64,000 nucleotides of DNA from Phoronis australis (Eukaryota; Animalia; Phoronida): positions 357,872 through 421,871 of the forward strand of contig NMRA01000070.1 of NCBI GenBank assembly GCA_002633005.1. The letters run 5' to 3'. The first letter of the stretch is position 1. Each line of letters begins with the position of its first letter. Position numbers and translations under genes: made by a program. Shown here piece after piece: positions 25,863-36,277 of the stretch. The notes under the pieces are model-generated. The model searched no databases, was not told the DNA's origin, and saw only the letters and a program-made list of their open reading frames with translations.

Positions 25863-28800
25863 ATTTATTCAACTTCTATTTAACGTTGCATGCGAGTGAA
25901 TCACCATAAATCTTACACGACGGATTCCACCTTTGGTTAAGCGTTTAGAGTTGATTGTAGAGCAGTTTAGCTTTCCTGTTTGTAAAGAGATTTCTGGGGT
26001 AAAACAGAGATGTAGACACACAAGAGTAAAAAGACAAAAAATAAAGGCTGTGTTTAAGTGTAGAAGACGAAACGAATGATTTTAACGACGACGGGCTAAA
26101 AATGTTACCACATGTACTCATTTATTACCTTTTCTCAGCTGTGGTTGTGACTTACGTTTATTTATTTTAGGTGCCGTCATGTACTATGCCGACTGAACGA
26201 AACGTATTTCTTGCTGCGGAAGACTCGAAACCTCCTTTCGCGTTAGAGGGCGTATGGATTTGGAGTGTTCAACCCCATATTCACTAACAATTGTAATGTT
26301 TAAATGCATTGACTGTTTTGCCCCACTCGGATGGTCTGTTAGTAGGCCATCAAGGGTGGCATGATTGTTGTATTTACTACCAAGACGAAATGAAAGCGCT
26401 CAAAGAACTGTTGCTTCACCTTCAACAAGAACAGTTGTTTCTATTAGACAAACGCTACTATTAATGTTTGGACGAGATCAACCTAGCTTGTCTTACTTCA
26501 TCATGAATTGCGACACTTCAATCGTCTGCAAAAAGTCATCGTCTGGATGAAGGTAAACGGGCTTTTAAAGGAGAGGTCAACTTGTAGTCTACATACAAGC
26601 ACCGGTACGCTCGTTAGGCAGTTTGTAAGGCAGTAAATTTCAACAATGTGAAGACTACTTTAAGCACTTATTCGAGGCACGAGAGATATGCAGTCCCTGT
26701 ACGTAACAACCCGAGTGTCGGACTTTATCGTAGAAGAGGCACGAGGCGGGCACTGTCACCAGCACACTATTGTCAAAGACTTAGTAGTTGGCATTTAACG
26801 CATGCTTGGTTAAAAACAAATTCTTGCAGCTAACATTTATATTTCGAACCTTTTTAAAATCTAATAACGATTTCAGAAGACTCGATTCGTACTTCACACG
26901 AAAATGCTGTCTGTGGCGTGAACCTCTACGTGTTTGGGGTCGATTGTCTGACTGGTATCTTTTGTCGTGTCTTTGGGAGCTGGCAAAGGTGTCGCCTCTT
27001 TATCAGACGTGACACCACTTTTTTTCTTAGCCGCTGGCCTGCCTGTATTACCGTTTTTTCTTGCTTTATATTGCGCAATCAGCTGCAGTGCTGTCAAGAA
27101 ACCAACAGATGACAGTATTGTATATGATGCAGTGACAGAAACAGGCTGCATTTCACCGACAGGTCACTGAATCGGCTACGACAATGACGACTTCTGGCTG
27201 TCCGATCAATTAGATGTCTTAGCCTATTGACCCTGCGGACCCTATGAAGTCAATCAGTGCAGCATATAGAAATGTTACTAGACATATTGATGATGATAAA
27301 TTATGGCAATGGAAAAATTCACAACTTTCTCACCTCAGTTGGAAACGTCGTTCCTTTCAAAATAATCAAATTGAGACTGCCCAACATTATACCTCTTAAA
27401 CAAGGAGAGATAATACAAGTTCAGCACTCAGAAAATACCCCCATGAGCTCCGCTCCCGGCTTAGATTGCAATAGTAGAATTTATTCTAACTCAATAACTC
27501 GCCGCATAATTTTAGGGCTTGATTTATTCTCGCGAACGCAAGATCAAGACTCGCGATTGAAAAAAATAGTTCCGTATCCCGACAACATGTTTAAACAACC
27601 AGCAAGTGATGGGGTCCGTTTGGTCCAAAGTGCCGTCAAAGCCAAGACAGTGATCACGTTTACCTTACACGGAGTTCAGTAACGTGGCTCTTTAACAAAC
27701 CGTTGTTCAGCCCGAATATTTATTAACGTTATGTCAGTTAAAAGTTTTCACCCTTTTAAAAATCAGCGTCACGATTTCAATAACCTGTCTACAACAGTAC
27801 ATAGTCCGTCGGTAAAACGGGCCCAGGAGTGCACGTGCTCACTCACTCTAAATGTTTTTGAGGTTTCATCTTGGGCATTCTTAAATCAAAAGAAATCTAA
27901 TGCGTTGCTTTGCATGGTCAAATGATCCAAGGAATGGCAGATTGCTATATAACTCAAAATTGAGTTCTACATGCTTTTTACGTTTAGAAAATAATTTACA
28001 AGATCTCGTAAAATAATTCTACAGAAAGGCGAGTGTTTCGCGAATATGCACAGGAGGTTGCCAGCCTATAGTATCAAAATGATTAGTCCTGGCTGAATTC
28101 ACTGTTTCCGTTCGATAATCCAAAGAGATGCTGAACGAAAATGTTTAGGCACTTTCGACATCCTGTCAAAGTTCATGTTAAGAGTTTTTCAACAGGACAA
28201 TTTGGGTCTACAGTAGTTTACGGAAGAATAACCAACATTTGGTTTCGAATTGTTTTTTCCGCAATCATAAATGAAAAGTTTATTAACAGATGTGCTTACG
28301 TAACTATTCGTGTCTTTATTTGCATAACTAAGTATGTGTGTGTAGACATATATATATATATTATTACTGTTTTGTATTGCTTCTGCAATAATTCATTTGC
28401 GCAATGTTTAGTTGCTGCTCGGATGTAATATTACTTTAATGTCTGTGGAGCAATGTTATTTATAGTATTTACCTAAACTCATGAAATAAAATTGAAAACT
28501 GAAAATTTACCTTGTAAAAGAGTGCACTTTGTGTTGCCGATAGCGCACATGCCAACTGCTCCACTTTTGACATAAAGCATAAATTTTTGAAGTTTCCCCC
28601 CTTACCCCGTCACACCTGTCATCAGAACGTCCCGCGCTTTGACACTTGGTGAATTTGAGGTATTATCATAATACTGCTATTGTGGTTTTCACACGCGATA
28701 TAGCCCTATTTTTCAGTTCGATTAAAAAAAGGGAGTTCATGGGCTTTTGCGGCGCCAGCAATTTTTCGTTCGACTAAAAAATAACGCCGTCTGGCGCTTT

Positions 28801-30513
28801 TGGGTGTTACTGCATCTGCAATATCTCGTTTCACACAAAAACGCTATCGGGACGTATTTGTGTGTTACGGCGAACACTTCACCTTGTGTTTTGGCATAGA
28901 CCCAAATATTCCGCTTTTTATCCGTTTATCCCGCTTTTCAATCCAGTTATTCCGATCTTTCATTCTCGAATATTGACAACTATGCACCATGTGTTTCAAA
29001 TCACAGTGTCTCTTTGTTAGGAAAAATGTTCTTTTCCAGAGTCCACTTTCTTTAGTAACATAAAAATCGCAAAAATGTGTTCCAACACACATANTTTTTA
29101 CCCACAACAATACGAAAAAATAACCCAAATTAGATTCCTTAGGTTTCCGTTCTCTGGTACCCATAGATGAATGTAGTTGCATTTGGTTTGAGTGGCTCTT
29201 TAAACGGCGGTAGATAATTGACCCTTGGGTGGTGACGGCGGACAAAACACCGCGGCAGCTTTTAGGATATGAGCTAGACTGGTAACTATAGCTGCCTAGC
29301 CTCATTTGAAAACCGCTGTCCTCTGGAGTTGAAACCAAAGGGGAGTTTTGGGAATGACTGCGTTGCAGCAATTATATTCCTAGTGACCATGTTGCGACCA
29401 TTCCAAAAATTTCTACGTTGGGATGCGTGTGCATCAACTTTCGCATATCAGTAAGAGAATGAAAGGAACGACACCTATCTGGCACGCGTTTCGTAGACGA
29501 AACACACACATGTAAGTAAAGGCAGTATGATCACGTGCTTCAGTTGTAAAGCATGGCGATGTCGCGGCGAACACTTGTACGTTCTCGCTTTTCCTCACAT
29601 GAAACCTGTTCTGTGGAACGCGGCCCTGTCCTACCTCCTTGCTCCTGTAGGGCTTGCTCGCGTTTGCTTGTCTTCAGAATGCAGTACACAGAAAGAGCAA
29701 CGCTTGGTATTACAATGAGGGTTGAGCCAACGCCGATTATGACACGATACCACCGCTCCCAAAATGTTAGAATTTCTGCAAGAAATCGAAAAATGAAGCT
29801 ATGCTGATACAGCCGCTGGGGTCATTATCCAGTGTTGATCTTAGCCTGCTCATGCACTACGAGAAGCAACAGAGAGTTGCCTGGGGAAAGTTCACTCTGT
29901 TGTGTCAAGGACTAACTGAATTGTTTTGCTAAAACGCTAAGACTGGCTGCTATCCGGAGTGCTAAAGATCGAGGGACGGAAAGTGAGCATCTACTTCAAA
30001 CTGGAGACAAAAGAGACAAAAATATTTGACGGTGGCTTATGCTTTCCATAAGGTGGCAATGAACAGTCATAAACTGCACTTCATTTCTTGGCTGTAGACC
30101 ACTGGCGGCTGCTTTGACGAAGGCTTTTGTATTACAATTAGGTCCAGTGAATGTGGTTTTCTTGTATTGGTGAACATGTGATGAATGAGAGAAGTCCACT
30201 ACTTCGGTTATATACATGTTTTTTTTTTGTTCAAAATGACATCCTGTAGCATTGCGGCATTGCTGCTCAGCGACCACACTATCTGCTGGCGTTTCAGGTA
30301 GCACGCAAACTACCCAAAATGAAGTTCTGTGAACATGCTTTTGAAGTGAAATGAGTCACAACTTTTCATTTTATTCAGCGTCTTCGACAGAGAGTAAGAA
30401 AAGCAGCAAGTCCAGTGTTGTGTGCACCACCTGACAAAGCCCAGTGAGAACTGTACAGTGTCACCTAAGCAGTCGCTGCCTGTTAGTACGTGGCAGGGCT
30501 CGGCGGTCCCCAA

Positions 30514-30695
30514 GCGATGGTACATCCCCATTGAAAGATAGTCATTTAAAAATGCAGCGAATAACATCGAATGAACATACTGGCAATGAGTTATGATTAG
30601 CACGTACATATCAAGACTCTGGAGACAACTTAGTCGATATAATTTGAACATATCCATGAAATTCTGTCGAGTTTCCAAGGGACACAAATCTTGCG
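30514..30695 (-). repeat. Old dispersed repeat, copy 1
   Basis: Reverse complement aligns with ~43920-44172 (AAGAT.TGTGTCCCTTGGA, TTTCATGGATATGTTCAA.TTAT, CATTCGAT.TT.TT.GCTG.ATTTT.AAATGA, ATGGGGATGTAC). Confidence 0.6.
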
Positions 30696-30776
30696 AGTTT
30701 TTCCGGTAGGTGGCATTTCAGGAATAACGAAAGGTGCTACACTTACATCGTTGTAGCTTAATCAGAGGGAATTGCC

Positions 30777-31099
30777 CAGAAGCGGATTTAGGGGGGGGGG
30801 CAAAGGGGCCATGCCCCCCCCCCTAAAATTCTCCCAGATATCAGGGCGGGTTGCGAATTGTTGACTAGCATATGCGCGCACCCAGGGGGCTCGGCGAGCG
30901 AATGCACATTGCATAGGCCTTGAACAAACCCCGTTTATCGTTTTTTTTATATTTTTATTTTTTAGTAATAACGCTCACAAACCCAAAAATTCGAGACCCC
31001 TGCATCCCTACATTTTAGGCTGGGCGCGCGCATGTGGCGCAATTCTATTTATTCCTGTGCCCTGGCCACCCCTAACTCAAAATTCAGGATCCGCCCCTG
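30777..31099 (-). mobile_element. MITE family C copy with a nested family E MITE (30869-31036)
   Basis: Outer termini CAGAAGCGGATT / GATCCGCCCCTG, flanked by TTGCC on both sides. Inner inverted termini CATATGCGCGCACCCAG / CTGGGCGCGCGCATGTG. Confidence 0.65.
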
Positions 31100-31670
31100 T
31101 TGCCAAATCACGTCACGGAAATACTCCTCACATAAAAGCGCTTCCCCTCTCAAGGAAGCTCTCCTCTCACCAGAAAATAAATTCTCTCCCATGAAAGCTC
31201 CCCCTTCCAATTAAAGAAACCTCCCTCCCAAGAAAGCAACCTCTCTCCCAAGAACCCCCCCACCCCCACCACCTCCACCCTCCTACAAAGAAAGCACTCC
31301 CCCTTCCAATAAAGTAGTGCGTTGGAGTCATGCTTAAGCTGTTGTCTTTGTTTTCTGTGTTGTGACAATGTTTATTGTGCCCTTGGACCTAACATCTTGG
31401 TGCCATGAATATTGTAGTTCTTAACTCTACGTGATGTGGAGTGAATACCTTCCCTCTATGTGTTTCATGCCTCTTGTTGTCATGGATACATTTGTGTTCT
31501 ATGAATTATACCCAGTGGCATGACTTCGGACTTGGATCTGTGTGCTTCTTCATGCTTTGTGTTGTAATTTTGCCTGGACATAACTGTGCTATCTACTTGC
31601 GTTGTACCTGTATCTCCATGATAGCAAGTAGCAGCATACATTAAAGAAAACAACAATGATTTTAAGTCGA

Positions 31671-31715
31671 CTTGACATGTTTCGGTGTCATTTATTCAAA
31701 CAACATCATCAGAAG
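31671..31715 (-). ncRNA. Minimal type I hammerhead ribozyme motif (complete core)
   Basis: Minus strand: ctt-CTGATGA-T-GTTGT-ttgaataaatg-ACACC-GAAA-CAT-GTC-aag. Stem I CTT/AAG, stem II with one mismatch, palindromic stem III region ACATGT, GUC cleavage triplet. Confidence 0.8.
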
Positions 31716-32289
31716 AGAGAATGCAGTGGCCATCTAGCTAGGCCCAGCAACAAGTAAGCACAGATACAGTCAGTTACATGGAGTGACAATGAACTAGACC
31801 AACAATGACAACCTGTGGTGTGCCAGTTGCCTATTGAGATTGGGCTTGCACCAACTGATGTCTAGAGCCTCACGAATTTTAAGCTCCTTTGTTGTTACTG
31901 CCTGGTCTATTATTGCAAAGTCATTGAAAGAGCACTGCTGATAACAATGATTGGAGCTCTGTAGGTGAATATTTACATGTGAGTTTTTGTCAGAATTTAG
32001 ATGTTCCTTGGTCCTGGTTTTCAAATGGCGAACAGTTTCGCCTATATAACTGGAGCCACAGCCAGCACAGATAAATTTGTACACTACCCTGGACCGTAAA
32101 CCCATAGGAATTTTGTCCTTATAGGGTTAAATAAATTCGGCAGTTTCAGAGACTTGAATATTAATACAACTCTTAAGTTTACACAGTAATCATTCACCAA
32201 TTTGTTGAGTTTTGATTGAGCAATGTTGGCGTAAAACCCAGCATACGGTACTTTAAAGTACTTGTAGTTAATTTTGTTAGGTTAGGGGT

Positions 32290-33522
32290 CAAGTTCTCAG
32301 GAATCGGTTCTTGCCTCTTTTTGATATTGCGAGTTTGTTTACTAACCTACCTGTGGACGCATGTATATCTTTGGCTACTGACTATATAATGAAAAACGAT
32401 CCCAGTGTAAAGATTACTCGAGCTGAACTCATGGAGCTATTCAAATTTGCTACCAGCAAAACCCATTTTGTATTTAATGGGGAGGTTTTTGACCAAATTG
32501 ATGGTATAGCAATGGGTTCACCTTTAGCTCCCATATTAGCCGGCATGTTTTTAGGTCACCATGAGAAAACATAGATTGAGACGTACACTGGTCCTCATGT
32601 CTATTTCTACCGACGATATGTAGATGATTTGTTTTGTATATTTGAAAATCAGCAGTCGGCCCAGGAATTTTTGATGTATTTAAACTCGAGGCATCCTAAC
32701 TTGAAATTCAGTATAGAATTAGAGGTCGACAACATTTTGCCATTTCTGGACGTGTTAGTGGAGCGTGACGGTACCTCAGTGATAACATCAGTATTTCATA
32801 AGAAGACCTACACAGGACTGTACACTTGTTTTCATAGCTTCACATCCTTTGTTTATAAAGTAGGTCTCATAAAGACGCTAATAGACAGGGTATATCGCAT
32901 TAACAACACTTGGGCTAGATTTGATTCTAATATCAAAGAACTTACAACGAATTTGCAAAAGAATGGCTATCCCCTAGAATTAGTCAATAGGGTACTGAAA
33001 GCAAGACTCCAACGTAACCCTGATGATGTTCATCCTGTAGACAAAACTAACTACAAGTACTTTAAAATACCCTATGTTGGGTTTTACGCCAAAATTGCTC
33101 AACGAAAACTCAACAAATTGGTGAATGATTACTGTGTGAACTTAAGAGTTGTATTAACATTCAAGTCTCTAAAACTGTCGAGTTTATTTAACCCTAAGGA
33201 CAAAATTTCTATGGGTCTACGGTCCAAGGTTGTATACAAATTTATCTGTGCTGGATGTGGCTCCAGTTATATAGGCGAAACTGTTCGCCATTTGAAAACC
33301 AGGACCAAGGAACATCTAAATTCTGACAGTAATTCACATGTAAATATTCACCTGCAGAGCTCCAATCATTGTTATCAGCAGTGCTCTTTCAATGACTTTG
33401 CAATAATAGACCAGGCAGTAACAACAAAGGAGCTTAAAATTCGCGAGGCTCTACACATCAGTTGGTGCAAGCCCAATCTCAATAGGCAACTGGCACACCA
33501 CAGGTTGTCATTGTTGGTCTAG
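32290..33522 (+). pseudogene. Penelope RT-GIY-YIG ORF remnant
   Basis: Reads ...ESVLASF[+1 T near 32322]DIASLF...HHEKT*(TAG 32572-32574)IETYTGPHVYFYRRYVDDLFCIF... to the stop at 33522. The N-terminus is missing. Confidence 0.92.
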
Positions 33523-33604
33523 TTCATTGTCACTCCCTCTAACTGGCTGTATCTGTGCTTCATTACGTGTTGCTGGGCCCAGCTAGATGGCCACTGCATT
33601 CTCT

Positions 33605-33643
33605 CTTCTGATGATGGTGTTTGAATAAATGACACCGAAACAT
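33605..33643 (+). ncRNA. Hammerhead ribozyme motif truncated just before the GUC site
   Basis: ctt-CTGATGA-T-GGTGT-ttgaataaatg-ACACC-GAAA-CAT, then directly the TSD. Stem II is perfect; GTC and the 3' strand of stem I are absent. Confidence 0.7.
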
Positions 33644-34015
33644 ACCTGTATCTATGATCATTTGTGATTGGGCCATATTGGATCGCTCTTGTGTACCTTT
33701 TACTTAATATACTATCATACAAGCGACTGATTAAAGATGGCTGTGGTTGATCCAGCCAAGGTGGAACTATACAGTTACTCTGCACGGTCACGGCCAATAT
33801 GCACTCTAAAAATAAATTCTAGGGATAGGCCACGTTTGGGTCAGTTTTGAGAAAGGCGTTGCATGTAAGCTCAGTGAATCTGGTTTGTTTGTAATTGTCA
33901 ATGAACCTATTGGAGACGAGAAAAGATCACTTGGTTGGTTGTAGAAGATGACTTCCCCTGCCGTATTTATGCATTGGTATAAACAGCGATTTGAGGAATT
34001 GGCTGCGATTTCATG

Positions 34016-34408
34016 TAGCCCTCTAACAAGACAGAATTTAAAAAAATCTTGTCCTTTGACAGCCCTTTTGGACCATATTTTTGGAATATGTAGGAAATCT
34101 GCTTTCGCAATCTAATGTCAGCTTATGTCACACACCAGTCGGCAGTAAGGTGGTGCTTTTGGGGTGAAAAGTACCGATTTTGTGTTTTCCCCTTATATCT
34201 TAGCCTACTTTGTTTTTCAGTAGGAGTGAAAGGGCCGGCCAAAAATACAAGACGGAATAAAGAGCCTTTACCAGGGCTTTTGATGCCAAATGACTCAAAA
34301 CTTTTCATTCTTTGCATTTACCTTTTCCGACAGAGTGAAGAAAGTGACAAGTTCATTGACGGGTGTCCTGTTACTGCGGCAAAACCCAGTGAGAACTGTT
34401 CTGTGCAC
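34016..34408 (+). repeat. Dispersed ~390-bp repeat, copy 2
   Basis: Homologous to 2968-3356. Confidence 0.75.
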
Positions 34409-35280
34409 TCAAATCAACTGACTCGAAACACTGTGGACTATGACCAAAGTTTGAGTGGCTGTTTTTGACGTTATCACTGGTCTATATCAATTAATGAAAC
34501 CCCTTGTTTGCACCCTGTCTCAAGGCACCTGGAATGGCATAACTGACAGAAGCAAACTTTATGGGGTTTCTCAATGATGAAGAAATTCAACAAAGCCATG
34601 TCTTTTTACCTTGCTACATCCACGCGAAAAACTGAGGTGCCAAAACAGTGCGATTCTGGTTACTTCTTTTACCGGGCAAAATCACAAATTCGCGTCTACT
34701 CAGGTGCAACACAAGAGACCATAGTTGGAAAGCTCTTTCACTTTAGAGCCCAGAAATTTAGGTTGAAAGGTGTCATTGCCAACCAGATTTTTGACAATTT
34801 CCGCTTGTCTGGAGGGTAACTGGATTTGCGACAGGAATTCAACACCCAACATACCCTCTGAAATAGCGCCACCTATACTGAAAAGTGGCCTTGTGGAAAC
34901 ATGATGAACGACCTACGTCCTGGCCTGTGTGGGCATCAATGCGCATGCTTTGGTCGGTAGTATACCAATCACGTTGCCACCACTTGCACATGCCTTTATG
35001 CACTGTACTTGTTTGGGCTTACGCCAATGAATCGGGGTTTCCTTGATTTTGTCTACTTCTATCACTGCCCGTTTTAATAAATTGCAACTATTCAAGTCAA
35101 AGGTGGTCGTCATACTATGTATAACAGAAAACTGAAAGGGGGCTTCCCAGGTTTCAACCAGTGGGAATGATTGAATGTTATCACGTCAGTTTCGTTACTT
35201 TAACTTATGAGAAGCCATGTCAAACAACATTCCACAGGGCTACCTGATCGTAGCACTGTGAAAGAGTGTACACCCAACAA

Positions 35281-35432
35281 CATGGGCGGCGCAACATAGG
35301 GGGCGCGGGGACTATAGCCCCCCACTTTTTTCATTGCTACGCTGCACATGGCCTATAGGCGATGCACCACACGTGGGCTGAGGGGGCTTTAGCCCTCCCC
35401 CCCCCACAATTTTCAGTGCTGCGCCGCCCATG
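35281..35432. mobile_element. 152-bp MITE with 13-bp perfect TIR CATGGGCGGCGCA
   Basis: CATGGGCGGCGCA at 35281 and TGCGCCGCCCATG ending at 35432, with G-rich and C-rich subtermini. Confidence 0.8.
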
Positions 35433-36277
35433 AAAAAGGATGCTCTAATAATGCCGGCACTTTCGTCTCCGAGTAGACAATGGCAGAAGCCAAATTTCTG
35501 GACTCAGTTTACTCAAAACAACTTCAAGAAACTACTGTATACCATTTTTGACAATCACTTCCCATATATAGTCCACAAAACTGCCGTTAAACCCAACCTT
35601 TCCCATTTTCTTTATTTCTGTAGGTCCCGAACCGTGGTCTTAAACCTTCGCGAACTTTCTTAGGCCGGGGATTGCTCTCTTAGAAGGGCGAATTGTTAGT
35701 CTTGGGAGGGAGAGTTGCTTTCTCAGTTGTCAGGGTGAGTGACTTTCATGGGAGGGGAAATGCTTTCATGAGATGGGTTACTTGCACCGGAGTGATGTGG
35801 CATTTATACGCTCCCATGTATACTCGTGTGTTGTCACCTAAGCTTTATATCAGTGCTCACAGCGCGTGGAGAAAACGTTCACGGCGACCAAAAATCGGAG
35901 TTGGAATTTTTCGCGAAATACGTCCTCATACCTTATTGGGGGTAGGCTGACGAGACCAGAAATGATCGCCGACGAAAGTGAAGTGTATATTTGACGAGGT
36001 GATAGCTTGTTACTTGGTATCTGGAATTTGGCGGCCGTTTAAAATACACGGGGCTGAAATGTGTGCACAGCGTATCGTCGCCTCAATGGCGGACTAGTAC
36101 GGGCAACACGTTGCGTGTATTTCGAAAATGTCAAGAAAATTTGTAAAGCACAGTTTTTGAAAAACATAAAATTCACAGGATTTTAGGAACAATTTTAGGG
36201 AATGGTCCCTCTCTGGCAATTGCCACGGTCTGGTAACGGCTAGAAGTGAATTTGGTAGACAACATTTAATGTTTTAC

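Larger units (their letters stand above)
31616..33643 (+). mobile_element. Penelope-like retrotransposon, 5'-truncated, with inverted duplicate of its 3' end and a 10-11 bp TSD
   Basis: RT motifs FDIASLFTN, GIAMGSPLAP, YRRYVDD, LPFLDV and GIY-YIG endonuclease VVYKFICAGCGSSYIGET. 31678-32277 is the reverse complement of ~33041-33643. (T)ACCTGTATCT at 31605-31615 and 33643-33653. Confidence 0.95.

Noticed and set aside
32277-32288. Telomere-like TTAGGTTAGGGG at the Penelope inversion junction
   Set aside because: Only two units; equally explained as the element's own RT coding sequence or as chance.
34570-34637. Possible C/D-box snoRNA (ATGATGA...CTGA)
   Set aside because: Weak terminal stem, no recognisable rRNA-complementary guide, no evident host context.
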